The position numbers were made by a program, and so were the translations under genes. Source: an uncultured Gemmatimonadaceae bacterium (lineage in GTDB: Bacteria; Gemmatimonadota; Gemmatimonadetes; Gemmatimonadales; Gemmatimonadaceae). Taken from it: DNA of 64,000 nt. The DNA lies in NCBI GenBank assembly GCA_963829055.1, contig CAWHHI010000004.1, positions 640,001 to 704,000 on the forward strand, written 5' to 3'. A model generated the notes under the pieces. That model was not told the DNA's origin. It ran no database searches and saw nothing but the letters and a program-made list of their open reading frames with translations. Below are positions 1 to 11,639 of the stretch, piece after piece (position 1 is the first letter of the stretch; every line of letters starts with the position of its first letter).

Positions 1-1192
1 CACGCGCCAGTCGGTGATTCAGCAGCGCGCGCGGATAGCGCCCGTACCCGGCGAACAGTTCGTCGCTGCCTTCACCGGTCAGCACGACCTTCACGTTCGC
101 GGCGGCCAGCTCGGACACGAAATAGAGCGGAATGCTGGCCGAGAACGTCAGCGGCTGATCACGGTGATGCGTTAGGCGCGGCAGCGCTTCGAAGAACTGT
201 CGCGCCGTGCACATCACCTCGTGATGATCGGTGCGCGAACGTCCGAGGCGACATCGCGGGCGAATGGGAGCTCGCTCGCCTCCGCTTCCGCGAAACCGAC
301 CGAGAAGGTGCGCAGCTCGTTGACGCCGCGCTCTCGCATCGCGGCCACGATGAGACTCGAGTCCACGTCCGCCGCTGAGAAAGACACCGAGCGGCACGTC
401 AGCTCATGAGTGTCACGTCGACGGCTTCGACGAAGCGCCGCCAGAACTCATCGGCGGCTTCCGATAGCGACATGACCGACCGCGTCCCTCGCGCCAACGG
501 ACTCGCGTCGTAGTCGGGCAGGTCCCAGTACCGATCCAGCCTAACGCTTCCGTCGCGCCATTCCAGCGTGTGGCCGGGCTGGCAGCTTGCGCACGCCGCG
601 ATAGAGCGTCCGCTCGCCCCCGAGGGAGCCGATGGCGAAGTACTCTGTCACCAGAGCGTCATCGAGCTCCGGCTCGATGAGCCCACTCGCGAAGATCGCC
701 TTGATCTCCGAGCCGAACACCAGATCGCCCGCGGCGGTGAGCGCGTAGAAGAGCGGCTTGATTCCGCTGCGATCCCGGGCGAGCAACAACGTGCGGCGCC
801 GCTCATCCCAGATGGCGTACGCGAACATGCCTCGCAGCCGATCGGGCGATTGCCGGCCGTGCTCCTCGTACAGGTGGATGATCGCTTCCGTATCGCAACG
901 CGCTTCGAAAAACGTGCCCGCCTGCTTCCAGCGGTTGCCGGTACTCGCTGTGGTTGTAGACCTCGCCGTTGTACGCGATCCACACCGTTTCGTCCTCGTT
1001 GGCCATCGGCTGATGCCCACCGCCGAGGTCGACGATCGACAGTCGTCGATGCCCGAGGACGACCGAACCCGAGCGATACACGCCCACGTCGTCCGGCCCG
1101 CGATGCTCGATCGACCGCGTCATCCGGTCGATTACATCGGGCGCGACCGAAGCTGCGCGATCGGCGAGCGCTACACCACAGATTCCACACAT
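1..1192 (-). CDS. asnB: Asparagine synthase (glutamine-hydrolysing)-type amidotransferase; runs off window start, frameshifted
   Basis: N-terminus MCGICG with the Ntn Cys; motifs HRGPDD, LGHRRLSIVDL, YNGEVYNH, LRGMFAYAIWD, LARDRSGIKPLFY; VKVVLTGEGSDELFAGY near position 1-100. Confidence 0.92.
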
Positions 1193-1198
1193 CGACTG

Positions 1199-3502
1199 TT
1201 ACCTGTCCTTCCCCGAAGAAGTAGAGCCATCGCGCGGAGTCTCCACGAGAACCGGACGATGCTCGGCGCGGAGCGTAATGGCGGCGTGCACCCCGGCGCG
1301 GCCGGCGTATCCGATGGAGCAACGGACTCCTGCCGCACCCTGGTCGACCGTCGACATCGATGAGCCAGGCTCCGCGAATGCGGTCAGCAGCCACGTTGGC
1401 GCGTCGCAGCGGTAGCGCAGTCGAAGCGTCTGCGATGACACCTCGCGTCCGTAGCCTGGAGAGGCAACGCTGGGTTCGATCGTGGCGCTCTCGAGGGTCG
1501 CTGACGGCGCGTGAGCCCAGGTCGCGAGGTAGCGGTCAGCGCTCACCCCTGCGGCGGTCGATGCGCATGGCGCTTCGGCCAAGGGCCACTGGAGAGTCAC
1601 TCGCTCGCTGCCAGACGGCACGAGCCAGTCCGCGATCAGCACACCCCACCGCGGTACCAGCACGACCTGGCGTCGATGCGTTAGGCGCCCGACAGTTCCG
1701 TCCCGCTCGTACACGAGCGCGCACGACCACAGACCGGCCGAGTCGCCTTCATCGACCGTGGGAGTTGGTGCGACGCGAGTCCACGAAAACGATCCCGACG
1801 GGACAGCCAGCGGCACGTCATCGATGGCGAGACACGCGTGCGCCTGCTCGGAGCGATACCAGTCGCGGCGTTCAGGATCGATGGTGTAGCCACTGCATCC
1901 CGGATCGCTGACGATCCGAGTGCTGCCTCGCGAGATCTCGACATGCCCGAGGTCCGTGTGCGCGTGGCCAGTTCGGTCACCGCCGTGCGGCCCAGCGTCG
2001 ACCACACAGTGCCATGGGTCCGGGACGCCATGCTCTCGCGCGATGTAGTACCCGGCGGCTGGAAGCCGCGTCGCTTCTATCGCGTTGGCGCGCGGCGCGC
2101 TTGCCGATGCCATGTGAGAGCTGAGCGTGGTCCAGGCCGCATCGTCGACGAGCCACCACGCACCGGACAACGCCGACTCGCGCACGTGTTCGAGCCACGC
2201 GCGATTTCCGAAGTACGCGGCGCCGGTCGCGAGCAAGGGACCGTGGTCCTGAGCATGTGAAGTCGCCAGGAGTAACGTCGACCCACTGTCTTCGTCCCCA
2301 ATCACCGGCCAACTGCCGTCAGGGCACTGGAACGCCGCGCTCGCATCGAGCATTGCCCGCAGTCGAGCCTCGAGTCCACTGGGAGCCGGGATGGCCGACG
2401 TCCGACAGAGCAACCAGAGGTGTAGGTAGAACTCCGCGGTGTATCGGTGATACCCAACGGAGCGCTCGAAGTGCATGCCGTCGTCCAGCACCTGGCGCGC
2501 GAGCTCGGACGAGAGGATCGCAGTGCCTCGCCTCGTCCACAACGCGCTCCGTCTGAACTCGGGAAACGATGCTCCGACGTAGACGAGCGCCAGCGCCTCG
2601 CCGGTCAGATGTGTGTTCGGGCTGTGGTGTGTCGAGTCGTACCGTTCGATGTGCCGAGCATGATGCCAGAGCGACGAGAGAAATCGCGTGAGCACGGGAC
2701 CATCCCATGCGCGCGACTCTCGGGTGAGTGCCCAGATCCAGCACCACGCAACCGCGCGGAACGCGACTTCGAGGCTGCTCGTCCAGTTGATTCCCCGAGC
2801 TGGTGGATTTTGCTCGATCCACCCTTCGAGCAACTGCACCGCGCGATCCGCGAACCGGTCGTCCTTGGTGAGAAAGTAGCCCTGTGCCAACCGGACGATG
2901 AGCGCGTGGCGGTTCAGCTCCCAGAGAAACTTGACATCGCCGCCATCGATGCCGCGCATGTACCGCACGCGGTGCCAATGGCGGCTGTCGGTCGACGCGC
3001 CGGTGATGGGGTGAACGGTCCATGCGTGAGTTGCATCGACGCGTACCTGCTGGCCAAAAAGGGACCAGTCCCCTTGGAGTGCCGAAGACGCCAGCTCGAG
3101 GAGTCGCTTCCGGTCGGGAAGCGTGTCCGGGTCCCGGTCCAGCAGATGCACGAGCGGGAATCGCCCAGCTGCCCGCTGTGCAAGCATCCGGCGAAGCTCG
3201 GACGGGTCTCGAGCCCAGGTGGCCGCGTCGGTCGTGAGGCGGTCAGCGAGGCGTCCGCGTACGGCATCGGTACGGACGTCGAGCACGACGTCGAGCCGCT
3301 TGGTCAACTCTTGCCGCAATCGAACTAGCGTCGCAAACGGCGGGCGTCGGGATGGAGGCAAAACCGGTGTGAAGCGTGGTGACGGGAGCGGGATCAGCGG
3401 TGCCGCAGGAGTCGCAGCCCGCTGACCACGAACAATAGCGGAGCGCCCGATCGCACGGCCCATCAGAGCGGGCTCGATGCAATCCGGTGCTCGATCTGGC
3501 AC
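1199..3502 (-). CDS. Heparinase II/III / alginate-lyase-like family protein (start uncertain)
   Basis: Motifs WELNRH, INWTSSLEVAFR, NTHLTGEA, DDGMHFERSVGYHRY, GHAHTD, typical of this family in polysaccharide loci. Confidence 0.85.
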   Translation of the reverse strand: MPDRAPDCIEPALMGRAIGRSAIVRGQRAATPAAPLIPLPSPRFTPVLPPSRRPPFATLVRLRQELTKRLDVVLDVRTDAVRGRLADRLTTDAATWARDPSELRRMLAQRAAGRFPLVHLLDRDPDTLPDRKRLLELASSALQGDWSLFGQQVRVDATHAWTVHPITGASTDSRHWHRVRYMRGIDGGDVKFLWELNRHALIVRLAQGYFLTKDDRFADRAVQLLEGWIEQNPPARGINWTSSLEVAFRAVAWCWIWALTRESRAWDGPVLTRFLSSLWHHARHIERYDSTHHSPNTHLTGEALALVYVGASFPEFRRSALWTRRGTAILSSELARQVLDDGMHFERSVGYHRYTAEFYLHLWLLCRTSAIPAPSGLEARLRAMLDASAAFQCPDGSWPVIGDEDSGSTLLLATSHAQDHGPLLATGAAYFGNRAWLEHVRESALSGAWWLVDDAAWTTLSSHMASASAPRANAIEATRLPAAGYYIAREHGVPDPWHCVVDAGPHGGDRTGHAHTDLGHVEISRGSTRIVSDPGCSGYTIDPERRDWYRSEQAHACLAIDDVPLAVPSGSFSWTRVAPTPTVDEGDSAGLWSCALVYERDGTVGRLTHRRQVVLVPRWGVLIADWLVPSGSERVTLQWPLAEAPCASTAAGVSADRYLATWAHAPSATLESATIEPSVASPGYGREVSSQTLRLRYRCDAPTWLLTAFAEPGSSMSTVDQGAAGVRCSIGYAGRAGVHAAITLRAEHRPVLVETPRDGSTSSGKDR

Positions 3503-3808
3503 GAACTGGTACGTGAACTCGTGCGGGAAACAGTCGTGCCCCGACTATGCAAATCCGCGACCTCGGCTCTTCGTGGAGGTTCGGCGTCGAATCAGCTGCT
3601 GCTGGCCCGGAAACACTGCCCAGGCCGATAGATTGACGATTTATCGGGTGACTCGTCGGCCTCTGCGGCGAGTTCAACACATACTGTAGGCCTCGTACAA
3701 CATGACTGCACGTGAGACCGCGACGAATGCCGTCTCGGGAGGCTTGGGATCTGCGCTGCGCGTTGGCTGACACCACCATGCGGATAGCCATTCAATGGTG
3801 GGGGTGCG

Positions 3809-3824
3809 TGGCCCATTTGCTGCT
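3809..3824 (+). promoter_or_regulatory. Candidate sigma54 -24/-12 promoter
   Basis: TGGCCCATTTGCTGCT has GG-N10-GC spacing; intergenic, upstream of a GT4 gene. Confidence 0.35.
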
Positions 3825-3854
3825 TGAGCCCTGGACGTCCCGGCACCTGTCCGG

Positions 3855-5117
3855 GTGCGGCGCGCTCCGTTCGACCGGAGTCGCGCCGTTGAGATGCTGT
3901 GCTCTCCCGTCAACATTTCTGTGATGACTGTTTCGCGCGCGCCCCGCGTTCGCGCTACGCCAATCGAGCATCCAACAACCGGGTCCGGTCCTATCCGACG
4001 GTCGCCGACGTCATCGGAGGCGAGGTCGGTGGTGAAGGTGTGTCTGCTCGCTCCGTCGATCGACGTGCTGGGCGGCCAGTCCCGGCAGGCTGAGCGACTC
4101 ATGATCGGCCTGAGTGCTGAGCCATCGGTCGAGCTCTCGTTCATCCCACATAACCCGCGCCTTCCCGGCCCGCTGCACTATTTACAGCGGATCAAGTATG
4201 TGCGGACCGTGCTGACGACGTTGCTCTACTGGGGACTCGTGGTGACCCGCTTGTGGCGCTGCGATGTCGTGCACGTCTACTCGGCCTCGTACATCTCGTA
4301 CCTGCTGTCGGTTCTCCCGGTGATCGTGATCGGGAAGCTGTACGGCAAGAAGGTGCTGCTGAACTATCACAGCGGCGAGGCAGCCGATCATCTGTCCAAG
4401 TGGCGCCGAACGGCCATCCCCTTCATCAAGAAGGCCGATCTCATCGTCGTCCCGTCCGGCTACCTGGTGGATGTCTTCGCCGAGTTCGGTCTTCGTGCCA
4501 GACCGATTTTCAACGTCGTGGAGCTGGACGTGTTCAGATATCGGGAGCGCTCGCCGATCGCGCCTCGGTTCTTCACGAGCCGTCTGCTCGAGCCGCTCTA
4601 TAACGTGCCATGTGTGCTGAGAGCGTTTCAATTGATCCAGCGGCGCTTCCCGGACGCGTCACTCGTCGTTGCGGGTGACGGCTGGATGCGACCGCAGCTC
4701 GAGCAGCTCGCGAAGGACCTCGAGCTTCGCAATACCACGTTCGTCGGGCGCGTCCCCTGGGGCGATATGCCCGACGTGTACGACGCCGCCGACATTTACC
4801 TGACGGCGACGAACATCGACAACATGCCCGGGTCGGTGATCGAGTGTCTGTCGTGCGGCTTGCCGGTCGTCACCACGGACGCCGGTGGCGTGCCGTACAT
4901 CGTGACGAACGAAGAAACGGCGCTGATCGTCCCTCGAGATGACCACGCTGCGATGGCCGCATCCGCGATCCGCCTGCTGGAAGACGATACGCTCGCCGTG
5001 CGTCTGGGCCGGAACGGCCGCGAGGCCTGTGTGAAATTCACGTGGCCGGCAGTTCGCGACTCGTGGGTCGAGGCATACCACGAGCTGGCCGCAGCCGGCA
5101 AATCGTCGGCGGATTGA
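3855..5117 (+). CDS. Glycosyltransferase family 4 (true start probably downstream, near VKVCLLAPS)
   Basis: GT-B motifs LNYHSGEA, SRLLEPLYNV, DNMPGSVIECLSCGLPVVTTDAGG. Confidence 0.9.
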   Translation: MRRAPFDRSRAVEMLCSPVNISVMTVSRAPRVRATPIEHPTTGSGPIRRSPTSSEARSVVKVCLLAPSIDVLGGQSRQAERLMIGLSAEPSVELSFIPHNPRLPGPLHYLQRIKYVRTVLTTLLYWGLVVTRLWRCDVVHVYSASYISYLLSVLPVIVIGKLYGKKVLLNYHSGEAADHLSKWRRTAIPFIKKADLIVVPSGYLVDVFAEFGLRARPIFNVVELDVFRYRERSPIAPRFFTSRLLEPLYNVPCVLRAFQLIQRRFPDASLVVAGDGWMRPQLEQLAKDLELRNTTFVGRVPWGDMPDVYDAADIYLTATNIDNMPGSVIECLSCGLPVVTTDAGGVPYIVTNEETALIVPRDDHAAMAASAIRLLEDDTLAVRLGRNGREACVKFTWPAVRDSWVEAYHELAAAGKSSAD

Positions 5118-5207
5118 ACGGCGTATGCTCCAGGCAATCCAGGCGCCGTTGAATGTCGAGCGGCGACGTTGCGCACTACTCTACGAACTACTCTCGGTGA
5201 AGCCTAC

Positions 5208-7443
5208 ATGAAGCAGGTCTTACGGAAGGGATTGAAAGAGATCGTTGTGGACGAAGTGCCGGACCCGGTGGTTGCGCCGCATCACGTGTTGGTGCGCCCT
5301 GCCCGGTCGCTCATCAGCAGCGGCACCGAGACCGCGAGCATCCATGCCGAAGGCGTGGTCCGTGGCGTCGCTGAGAATCCATCACATCTCAAAAAGGTCT
5401 GGGATGCGGTGAAGGTCGCAGGTCCCATGGGGACCTACGACGAGATCTCCGCGAAAATGAAGACGGAGTACGGCGTCATGGGCTACTCGGGTGCCGGGTA
5501 CGTCGTCGAGAAGCATCCGACCGTGACCGATCTCGAAGTGGGCGCTCGCGTCGCCTACGGAGGCGAGGGAACGGGCCACGCGGAAACCGTGCTCGCGGGC
5601 CGTTATCTCGTAGCCCGCGTGCCCGACGAGGTGTCGTTCGAGGAAGCATGCTTCACGACGGTGGGCAGCATCGCGCTGCATAGCGTCCGCGTGGCGAACA
5701 TCAGCCTCGGCGATGTGGTCGCGGTCATCGGGCTGGGACTCGTCGGCCAACTCGTCGCGCAGCTCGCGCGAGCGCATGGCGCTGTGGTCATTGCCATGGA
5801 TATCAGGGCTGACCGTATCGCGCTCGCTCGAACGTTAGGCGCCGACCATGGTGTGCCGGTTGGTGACGAGGCCGAACGTCAGGTGGCTGCCCTCACCGAT
5901 GGTCGTGGCGTCGACCGGGTCATCGTGGCGGCCGCGGCCAAGACATCCGCCCCGTGCGAGCTCGGCATCCGGCTGTGCCGCGACCGTGGCAAGATGGTCA
6001 TCGTCGGCGCGGTCGAGATGAACCTCTCACGCGACCTCCTGTATGCGAAGGAGATCGACGTGCTGATGTCGCGCGCCTACGGCCCCGGGAGCTACGACGC
6101 CGGATACGAACGCGGCGGCAAGGATTATCCGATCTCGTACGTCAGGTGGACCGAGAACCGGAACATGGAAGAGTTCCTCCGGCTTGATCGCGACAGGTCG
6201 CGTGAACGTCCGCGAGATGATCACGCACCGCTTCGCGCTGTCGGACGCACCGAGTGCGTACACCACCATCATGGACCCGTCGAAGAACAGCATGGCGGTC
6301 GTCCTGACGTACCCTGACCACGCTGACGGCGCGCCCGCGGCAGCGCCTGCGTTCCAGCCGCAGCGGAAGGTGTCGATCGCGACCTCGGCTCCGACCAACG
6401 ATCGCCTGCGCGTCGCGCTCGTAGGCGCGGGCAACCTGGCCAAGTGGGCGCATCTCCCGAATCTCCGCAAGCTGACGACCGCGCAGCTGCACGCCGTGTA
6501 TTCGGCCAGCGGTGCTCGGGGAAAGAGCTACGCCATGCGCTTTGGTGCGGCGTACGCCTGTTCGGAGTACCAGCAGATTCTCGACGATCCGCAGATCGAC
6601 GTCGTGCTCATCGCGAGCCGCAACAAGGAACACGCGGACCAGGCGGAGGCGGCGCTCCGCGCGGGGAAGCACGTCTTTCTCGAGAAGCCGATGGCGCTGA
6701 CCGAGGATGAATGCCGACGCCTAACGCGCGCGGTCGACGAGACGGGGCTCCAGTTGACTGTCGGTTTCAATCGGCGGTTCGCACCGTTCTACGTCGAACA
6801 GAAGCGACTCCTGTCACGACGAAGCGGTCCGGCGGTCATCAATTGTCGAGTGAACTCTCCGGGACTTTCCGGCGCCTATTGGGCCGCCGAAGCCGCGCAC
6901 GGCGGCGCGATCCTCGGGGAAGGGTGCCATTTCGTGGACCTCCTGTACTGGCTGCTCGATTCGGAGCCGGTGTCCGTCAGCGCTGTGTGCTTGCCCACCG
7001 AGACGCCTGACCCGATCGGGGAGCACAACCTCGCGGCGAGCATCGCGTTTGCCGACGGGTCGATCGCGAGCTTCACCTACTGCACTGTTGGCAGCAAGAC
7101 GTCAGGCGGCGAGCGGATCGAGACGTTCATCCCGGGGCTCGGCTCCGTCGTCGAGGACTTCAAGAATCTGCAGGTGCGCGGGGGGATGAGTCGTACGAAG
7201 TCGCAGTGGTGGCCGGAGAAAGGCTATGGGGCGCAACTCGAGTCGTTCATCGATTCCATTCGCACGCGGAAGGCGCCTGCCGTGACCGTCCGCGACGGCG
7301 CGCGCGCGACCCTCATGTGTCTACGCCTGCTCGAGTCCGCGCGCGATCGGCGGCCACGGGAAGTCGATCTGGACGCGTTCCTGAGTGATGGTCGCTCGTC
7401 GCCTAACGGCACGTCGTCACGGCTCACCGGCGTCGGGGCGTGA
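5208..7443 (+). CDS. Bi-domain oxidoreductase (Zn-ADH-like plus Gfo/Idh/MocA), one frameshift near 6185
   Basis: SLISSGTE, GYSGAG, VIGLGLVG, SRAYGPGSYD, YVRWTENRNMEEFL, then LVGAGN, HVFLEKP, VGFNRRF. Confidence 0.9.
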
Positions 7444-7565
7444 ACCGTCGACGCCGGAGCATGCGGCGAGATGTGTGAGATCGGGCGCCGCGCGATCGCG
7501 CGGCGCCCCATCACCCGACCACCGCGCCTAACGAGCGCAGTGACGCGCGTCGGCGCACGGTCCGT

Positions 7566-8774
7566 TTATCGGGGGCGCGCGGTAAGAAGCTCTTCGTACA
7601 GCCGCTCTACGGCGCCGATGACGGCGTCGGCACGGAATTCACGTCGCGCGCGATCCGCGCCCGCGTCACCCATGCGGCGGCGGCGCACCGGATCGGCGAT
7701 CAGTTCACGCATAGCGTGGGCAAATGCCTGCGGGTCCGACGGCGGCACCAACAGCCCGTTCTCACCCTGACGAACGGCGTCAGGAACTCCACCGACCGCC
7801 GTCGCCACGATCGGCCGCCCCGCCGCCATCGCCTCGACCAGCGAGTTTGGAAATCCTTCTGACGTCGACGAGAGGACCGACAGGTCGAACAGGAAGTGGA
7901 AGCTGGGTACCGTCGGCCGCAGCCCTGCAAACCGCACACGCTCTGCGATTCCGAGCTTCGTCGCGCGGGCGCGGAGTTCCTCGAGCAGCGGTCCCGTCCC
8001 CACGATGACCAGGCGAAGATCCGGCTGCTCCGGGGCCAGCAGCGCGATCGCCGCGAGTAGCGTCGCATGGTCCTTGATGGTGTTCAGGGACGCGATGATC
8101 CCGACCACGATGTCACCGTCGCCGAGTTGAAGCTCCCGCTTCCACTGTGCGAGCGTAGTGGCGTCCGGAGGCGTGAACGCTGCCTCATCGACGAAGTTCG
8201 GGATGACTTCGACCCGCGCGCTGGACAGCCGGTCATCCCTCACAAGGGACGCGGCGACCGCCTGGCTGTTGGCGAGGACCCGCGTCGCGACGCGGAATCC
8301 GATCCCGTTCGCGATTCGGTATCGCAGCGGCGAGTGCAGCCACCGCTTGCTCGCGATGATGCCGGGCACACCGGCGATTCGCGCAGCGACGACTGAGAAG
8401 AAGTTCGAGTACTGATCGTGGCAATGGACGATCGACACGCGTTCTCGCCGGAAAAACCGCGCGACATGGAGGGCCTGACGGATCGTCTGCGGGCCGTACA
8501 TGCTGTGGATCGGGAAGCGCGCGATCGGGATGCCCAGCTTCGCGTATCGCTCAGCCAGCGGGCCCTCGCCGCGAAGCGTGACCACCGTGACCCGGAATCG
8601 CTCGGGGTTCAGCCGCTGCGCCGTGCGTAACGCGTTCAGCTCGGTACCACCGACGCTCATGGTGTCGATCGAAAAGACGACGTGAATGAGCTCGCGGCCG
8701 TCTGGATGGCTGAGAGAGCCGGCCGACGCGGGCGTTCGAGGTGAGGATGCCAGCGGGGTAGGTGAGTGGGCCAT
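7566..8774 (-). CDS. Glycosyltransferase family 4
   Basis: GGTE, IPNFVD, EGFPNSLVEAMAAGRPIVATAVGG. Confidence 0.92.
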   Translation of the reverse strand: MAHSPTPLASSPRTPASAGSLSHPDGRELIHVVFSIDTMSVGGTELNALRTAQRLNPERFRVTVVTLRGEGPLAERYAKLGIPIARFPIHSMYGPQTIRQALHVARFFRRERVSIVHCHDQYSNFFSVVAARIAGVPGIIASKRWLHSPLRYRIANGIGFRVATRVLANSQAVAASLVRDDRLSSARVEVIPNFVDEAAFTPPDATTLAQWKRELQLGDGDIVVGIIASLNTIKDHATLLAAIALLAPEQPDLRLVIVGTGPLLEELRARATKLGIAERVRFAGLRPTVPSFHFLFDLSVLSSTSEGFPNSLVEAMAAGRPIVATAVGGVPDAVRQGENGLLVPPSDPQAFAHAMRELIADPVRRRRMGDAGADRARREFRADAVIGAVERLYEELLTARPR

Positions 8775-8792
8775 CGTGCGTGCCGCCCGTTG

Positions 8793-8808
8793 CGGCGCAA
8801 AGGTTGCG
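8793..8808 (+). promoter_or_regulatory. Candidate sigma54 promoter
   Basis: CGGCGCAAAGGTTGCG (GG-N10-GC with TTGC), about 105 bp upstream of the O-antigen ligase gene. Confidence 0.4.
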
Positions 8809-8913
8809 ACCTCCCGGGGACGCCGTCGTAAAGATATGATGCGCTGTCACAGCGCGTCCCGGACTGGGACTCGTGGCAAGGCCAGCGCCGCCGAATAACA
8901 TTCACCTCACTGC

Positions 8914-10315
8914 ATGGTTCCCCCTCAATCAGGCTGGCGCACCGCTCGACACGTTGCGCCGGTGCCCCAACCCCCTCGTCCGGACGCCACAGTTTCGGCG
9001 CCCTCGCCCCGCCCGACGGCGCAGGCGACGGGGCGTCGGTTGCCCGTCGGGGAACCTCAGCGACGCCGCCAAGTGGTCCATCAGCTTCGTCGCCATTCTA
9101 GGGTACGTGTACTCCGCGGTGACGTACGGTCTTCCGCTCGTCGGTCCTTCCGTGGTCGTGGCGCTGCTCGGGCTGTTTTTCGAGCGCGTCAGGATTGTCT
9201 TTCCGACATTTCTCGTGCTGTTCGCGCTGTGGGTTGTGTGGAGCGCCATCGGCGTGATGTCGAGCTACCAGCGAGATGATACGATCACGCAGGTCACGGT
9301 GCTGCTCAAGGTGCTCGTGATCGTGTTCGCGATCGTCAACGTGGTGCATAACGCGTGGCGCGTCCGGATGTTCATCATTTTTTTTCTGGGCTGTTTCGCT
9401 CTGTATCCGGCGCGCGGTACGCTGGTGAACTACTTCATCTCGGGCTACACAATGTTCGGCCGCGCGTTGTGGAACTTCATCTACGGAAACTCGAACGACC
9501 TCGCGGCGCTGACGTTTTTTCCGCTCTCGCTTACCCTCGCGCTGATCATCACCGAGAAGAAAGGGTGGGTGAAGAACGTGTCGTTCTCTCGGTGCGGGAC
9601 TGCTGACGCTCATCATATTGCTGACGCAGTCCCGCGGAGCCCTCATCGCGCTCGTGGCCACTGGGCTGATCTACTTTCTGAATCAGGCCCGCGGTAAGCG
9701 GATCAAGACGCTGCTGACCGCGATGGTCGTCGCTGTACTCATTGGCCCGTTGGTGCCGTCGAGCGCGTGGCAACGTTTCTCCGGTATATCGAAGCTCACC
9801 GACACGTCCACGATCGCCGAAGCCGACCCGGAAGGTTCAGCCGACGCGCGGTACAACATTTGGCGCGTTGCCCGACAGATCATCGCCGAGAACCCGGCTA
9901 CTGGCATTGGGCTCGGCGCCTACCCGCTCGCACACGCGACCTACACCGGGCGCATCGTCGTCCCACCGGCCGCTCGCGGCTTTCGTGACACCCACAGCAC
10001 ATACCTGAACGTCGCCGCGGAAACCGGTATTCCTGGCTTGATCCTGTTCATGGCGATGATCGGGGTGGTTGCGGTGGCGCCGAGATGACCCGGCGGCGAG
10101 CCATAGGGACGCCTCGTGCCGGGCAGCTATTCGCGATGGAGCTCGGACTCCTCGCGTTCCTGATGCACGGCATCTTCGGTTCGCTTGCAAAGCTGAGCTT
10201 CCTCTACATCCAGCTCGCGCTCATGTGGGCTGTGACGGAAGTCACCCGCCGCGAACTTGCCGGAGAGGGCTGCAGCGATCCCGATACGAGGTCGGCGCCG
10301 AGCGTAGGGAGTTAG
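8914..10315 (+). CDS. O-antigen ligase / Wzy polymerase family membrane protein, frameshifted
   Basis: Many TM segments; GNSNDLA, LTQSRGALIAL, ARYNIW, NPATGIGLG, HSTYLNVAAETGIPG. Confidence 0.85.
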
Positions 10316-10518
10316 CCCAGCGGAAACGTCGCCCAGCTCGGCTGCGCATTGACTCGGCCGCAAGCGATTCGTCAGCGTCATTCCTGTTGCGGCGCTTCCA
10401 CACTCACGGTCGCTCGCGCCGTCGTCCGCAGCTACGTCCAGCTCGCTGACCGAGCCGTAAGACGTTTCGCCCGTATCACATAACGACGAGCGCGCTACCG
10501 CGACAGAATCTCGGATCG

Positions 10519-10534
10519 AGGCGTCAACCTTGCA
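10519..10534 (+). promoter_or_regulatory. Candidate sigma54 promoter
   Basis: AGGCGTCAACCTTGCA (GG-N10-GC, TTGCA), upstream of the GT2 operon. Confidence 0.4.
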
Positions 10535-10684
10535 AACGGGATCGACGCGTTCGGTACGCTAACGATCGGGCTTGTTAGATTCTGTTCACACATGTCGTCT
10601 AGTAGCAGGCTGCTCGTCTGCGACTCGGCGGTCGTCTCTCGTGATCATGATTGGGTGACCCGGTGAACGTGGAGGGCCGCGCCG

Positions 10685-11621
10685 ATGTTCGATGTCTCCG
10701 TCATCATTGCATCGGTGGAGTCGTCACGATCGATCAAGGCATGTCTGGATTCGGTGCGTGCGGCGCTGCTGGGGACTCGCGCCGAAGTGCTGGTGGTCGA
10801 TGCGTCTCGCGACACGAGCGCGGACATTGCGGAGCGAGAGCTCGGGAGCGCGGTCGTTATACGCTGCGCGCCGGGAACGCTCACCCCGAGCTCTGGGCGG
10901 CTGGGATCGTTCGTTCGACTGGCCGTGTGATTGCTCTGACCACAGGGCACTTCGCGGTCGAGCGGACCTGGATGTCGAGTCTGACGTCCGCGTTGGAAGG
11001 AGGGACACATGGGCGCCGCCGGTCGAATCGATCTCGGCAATGAGACGTCGGTCACCGACTGGGCAGTGTTCTACCTGCGATACTCCGAGTTTTTGCACGA
11101 GCCCGAGCGAATTGAGTGCGGGGTGCCGGGAATTCCCGCCGACAACGCTGCTTACGATGGTGAGGCGATTCGACGATTCGTGATGACTTCCGACGACGGT
11201 TTCTGGGAAGTGGAATTTCATCGCCAGTTTCATGCGGCTGGCGGCTCACTCGCGATGGTGCAGGGTGCGACCGCGCTCGTACGGGCGATCGTTTCCGTTC
11301 TCTGACGATCGCCGGCCATCGCTACCACCACGGGCGCCACTCTGGCGCGTGGCGCGTCTCGCGAAAGGTCCGCTCGTCCAGCCATGTCGTCGCAGCATTT
11401 CCGCTCGTTCCGTTCGCCCTGGCCGCCGCGTACGTGGCGCCGCGTGCGGTCCACCGCCCGTGCACCGGAGTCGATTTCTGCGTGCGTTGCCGCTGTTCCT
11501 CGTGCTTGCATTCTGCTGGGCGGTCGGTGAAGCGGTCGGCGCCGTTGTCCGGTGCCCCGCGTCTCGCGTCGACCTTCTCCCGTGCCAGCCTGACCATGTC
11601 TTCTCCCAGCCGACTGGATAG
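10685..11621 (+). CDS. Glycosyltransferase family 2, paralog 1 of 3, frameshifted
   Basis: MFDVSVIIAS, EVLVVD, DWAVFYLRYSEF, DNAAY, FWEVEFH, C-terminal WAVGEAVG. Confidence 0.7.
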
Positions 11622-11639
11622 CGACGTGCCCCCTCTGCC

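Noticed and set aside
1..1192. asnB as a second lasso cyclase
   Set aside because: It retains the catalytic N-terminal Cys and full glutaminase motifs and lies beside heparinase/GT genes, so it fits a polysaccharide amidotransferase.
3496..3511. TGGCACG as a sigma54 promoter
   Set aside because: No GC at the -12 position.
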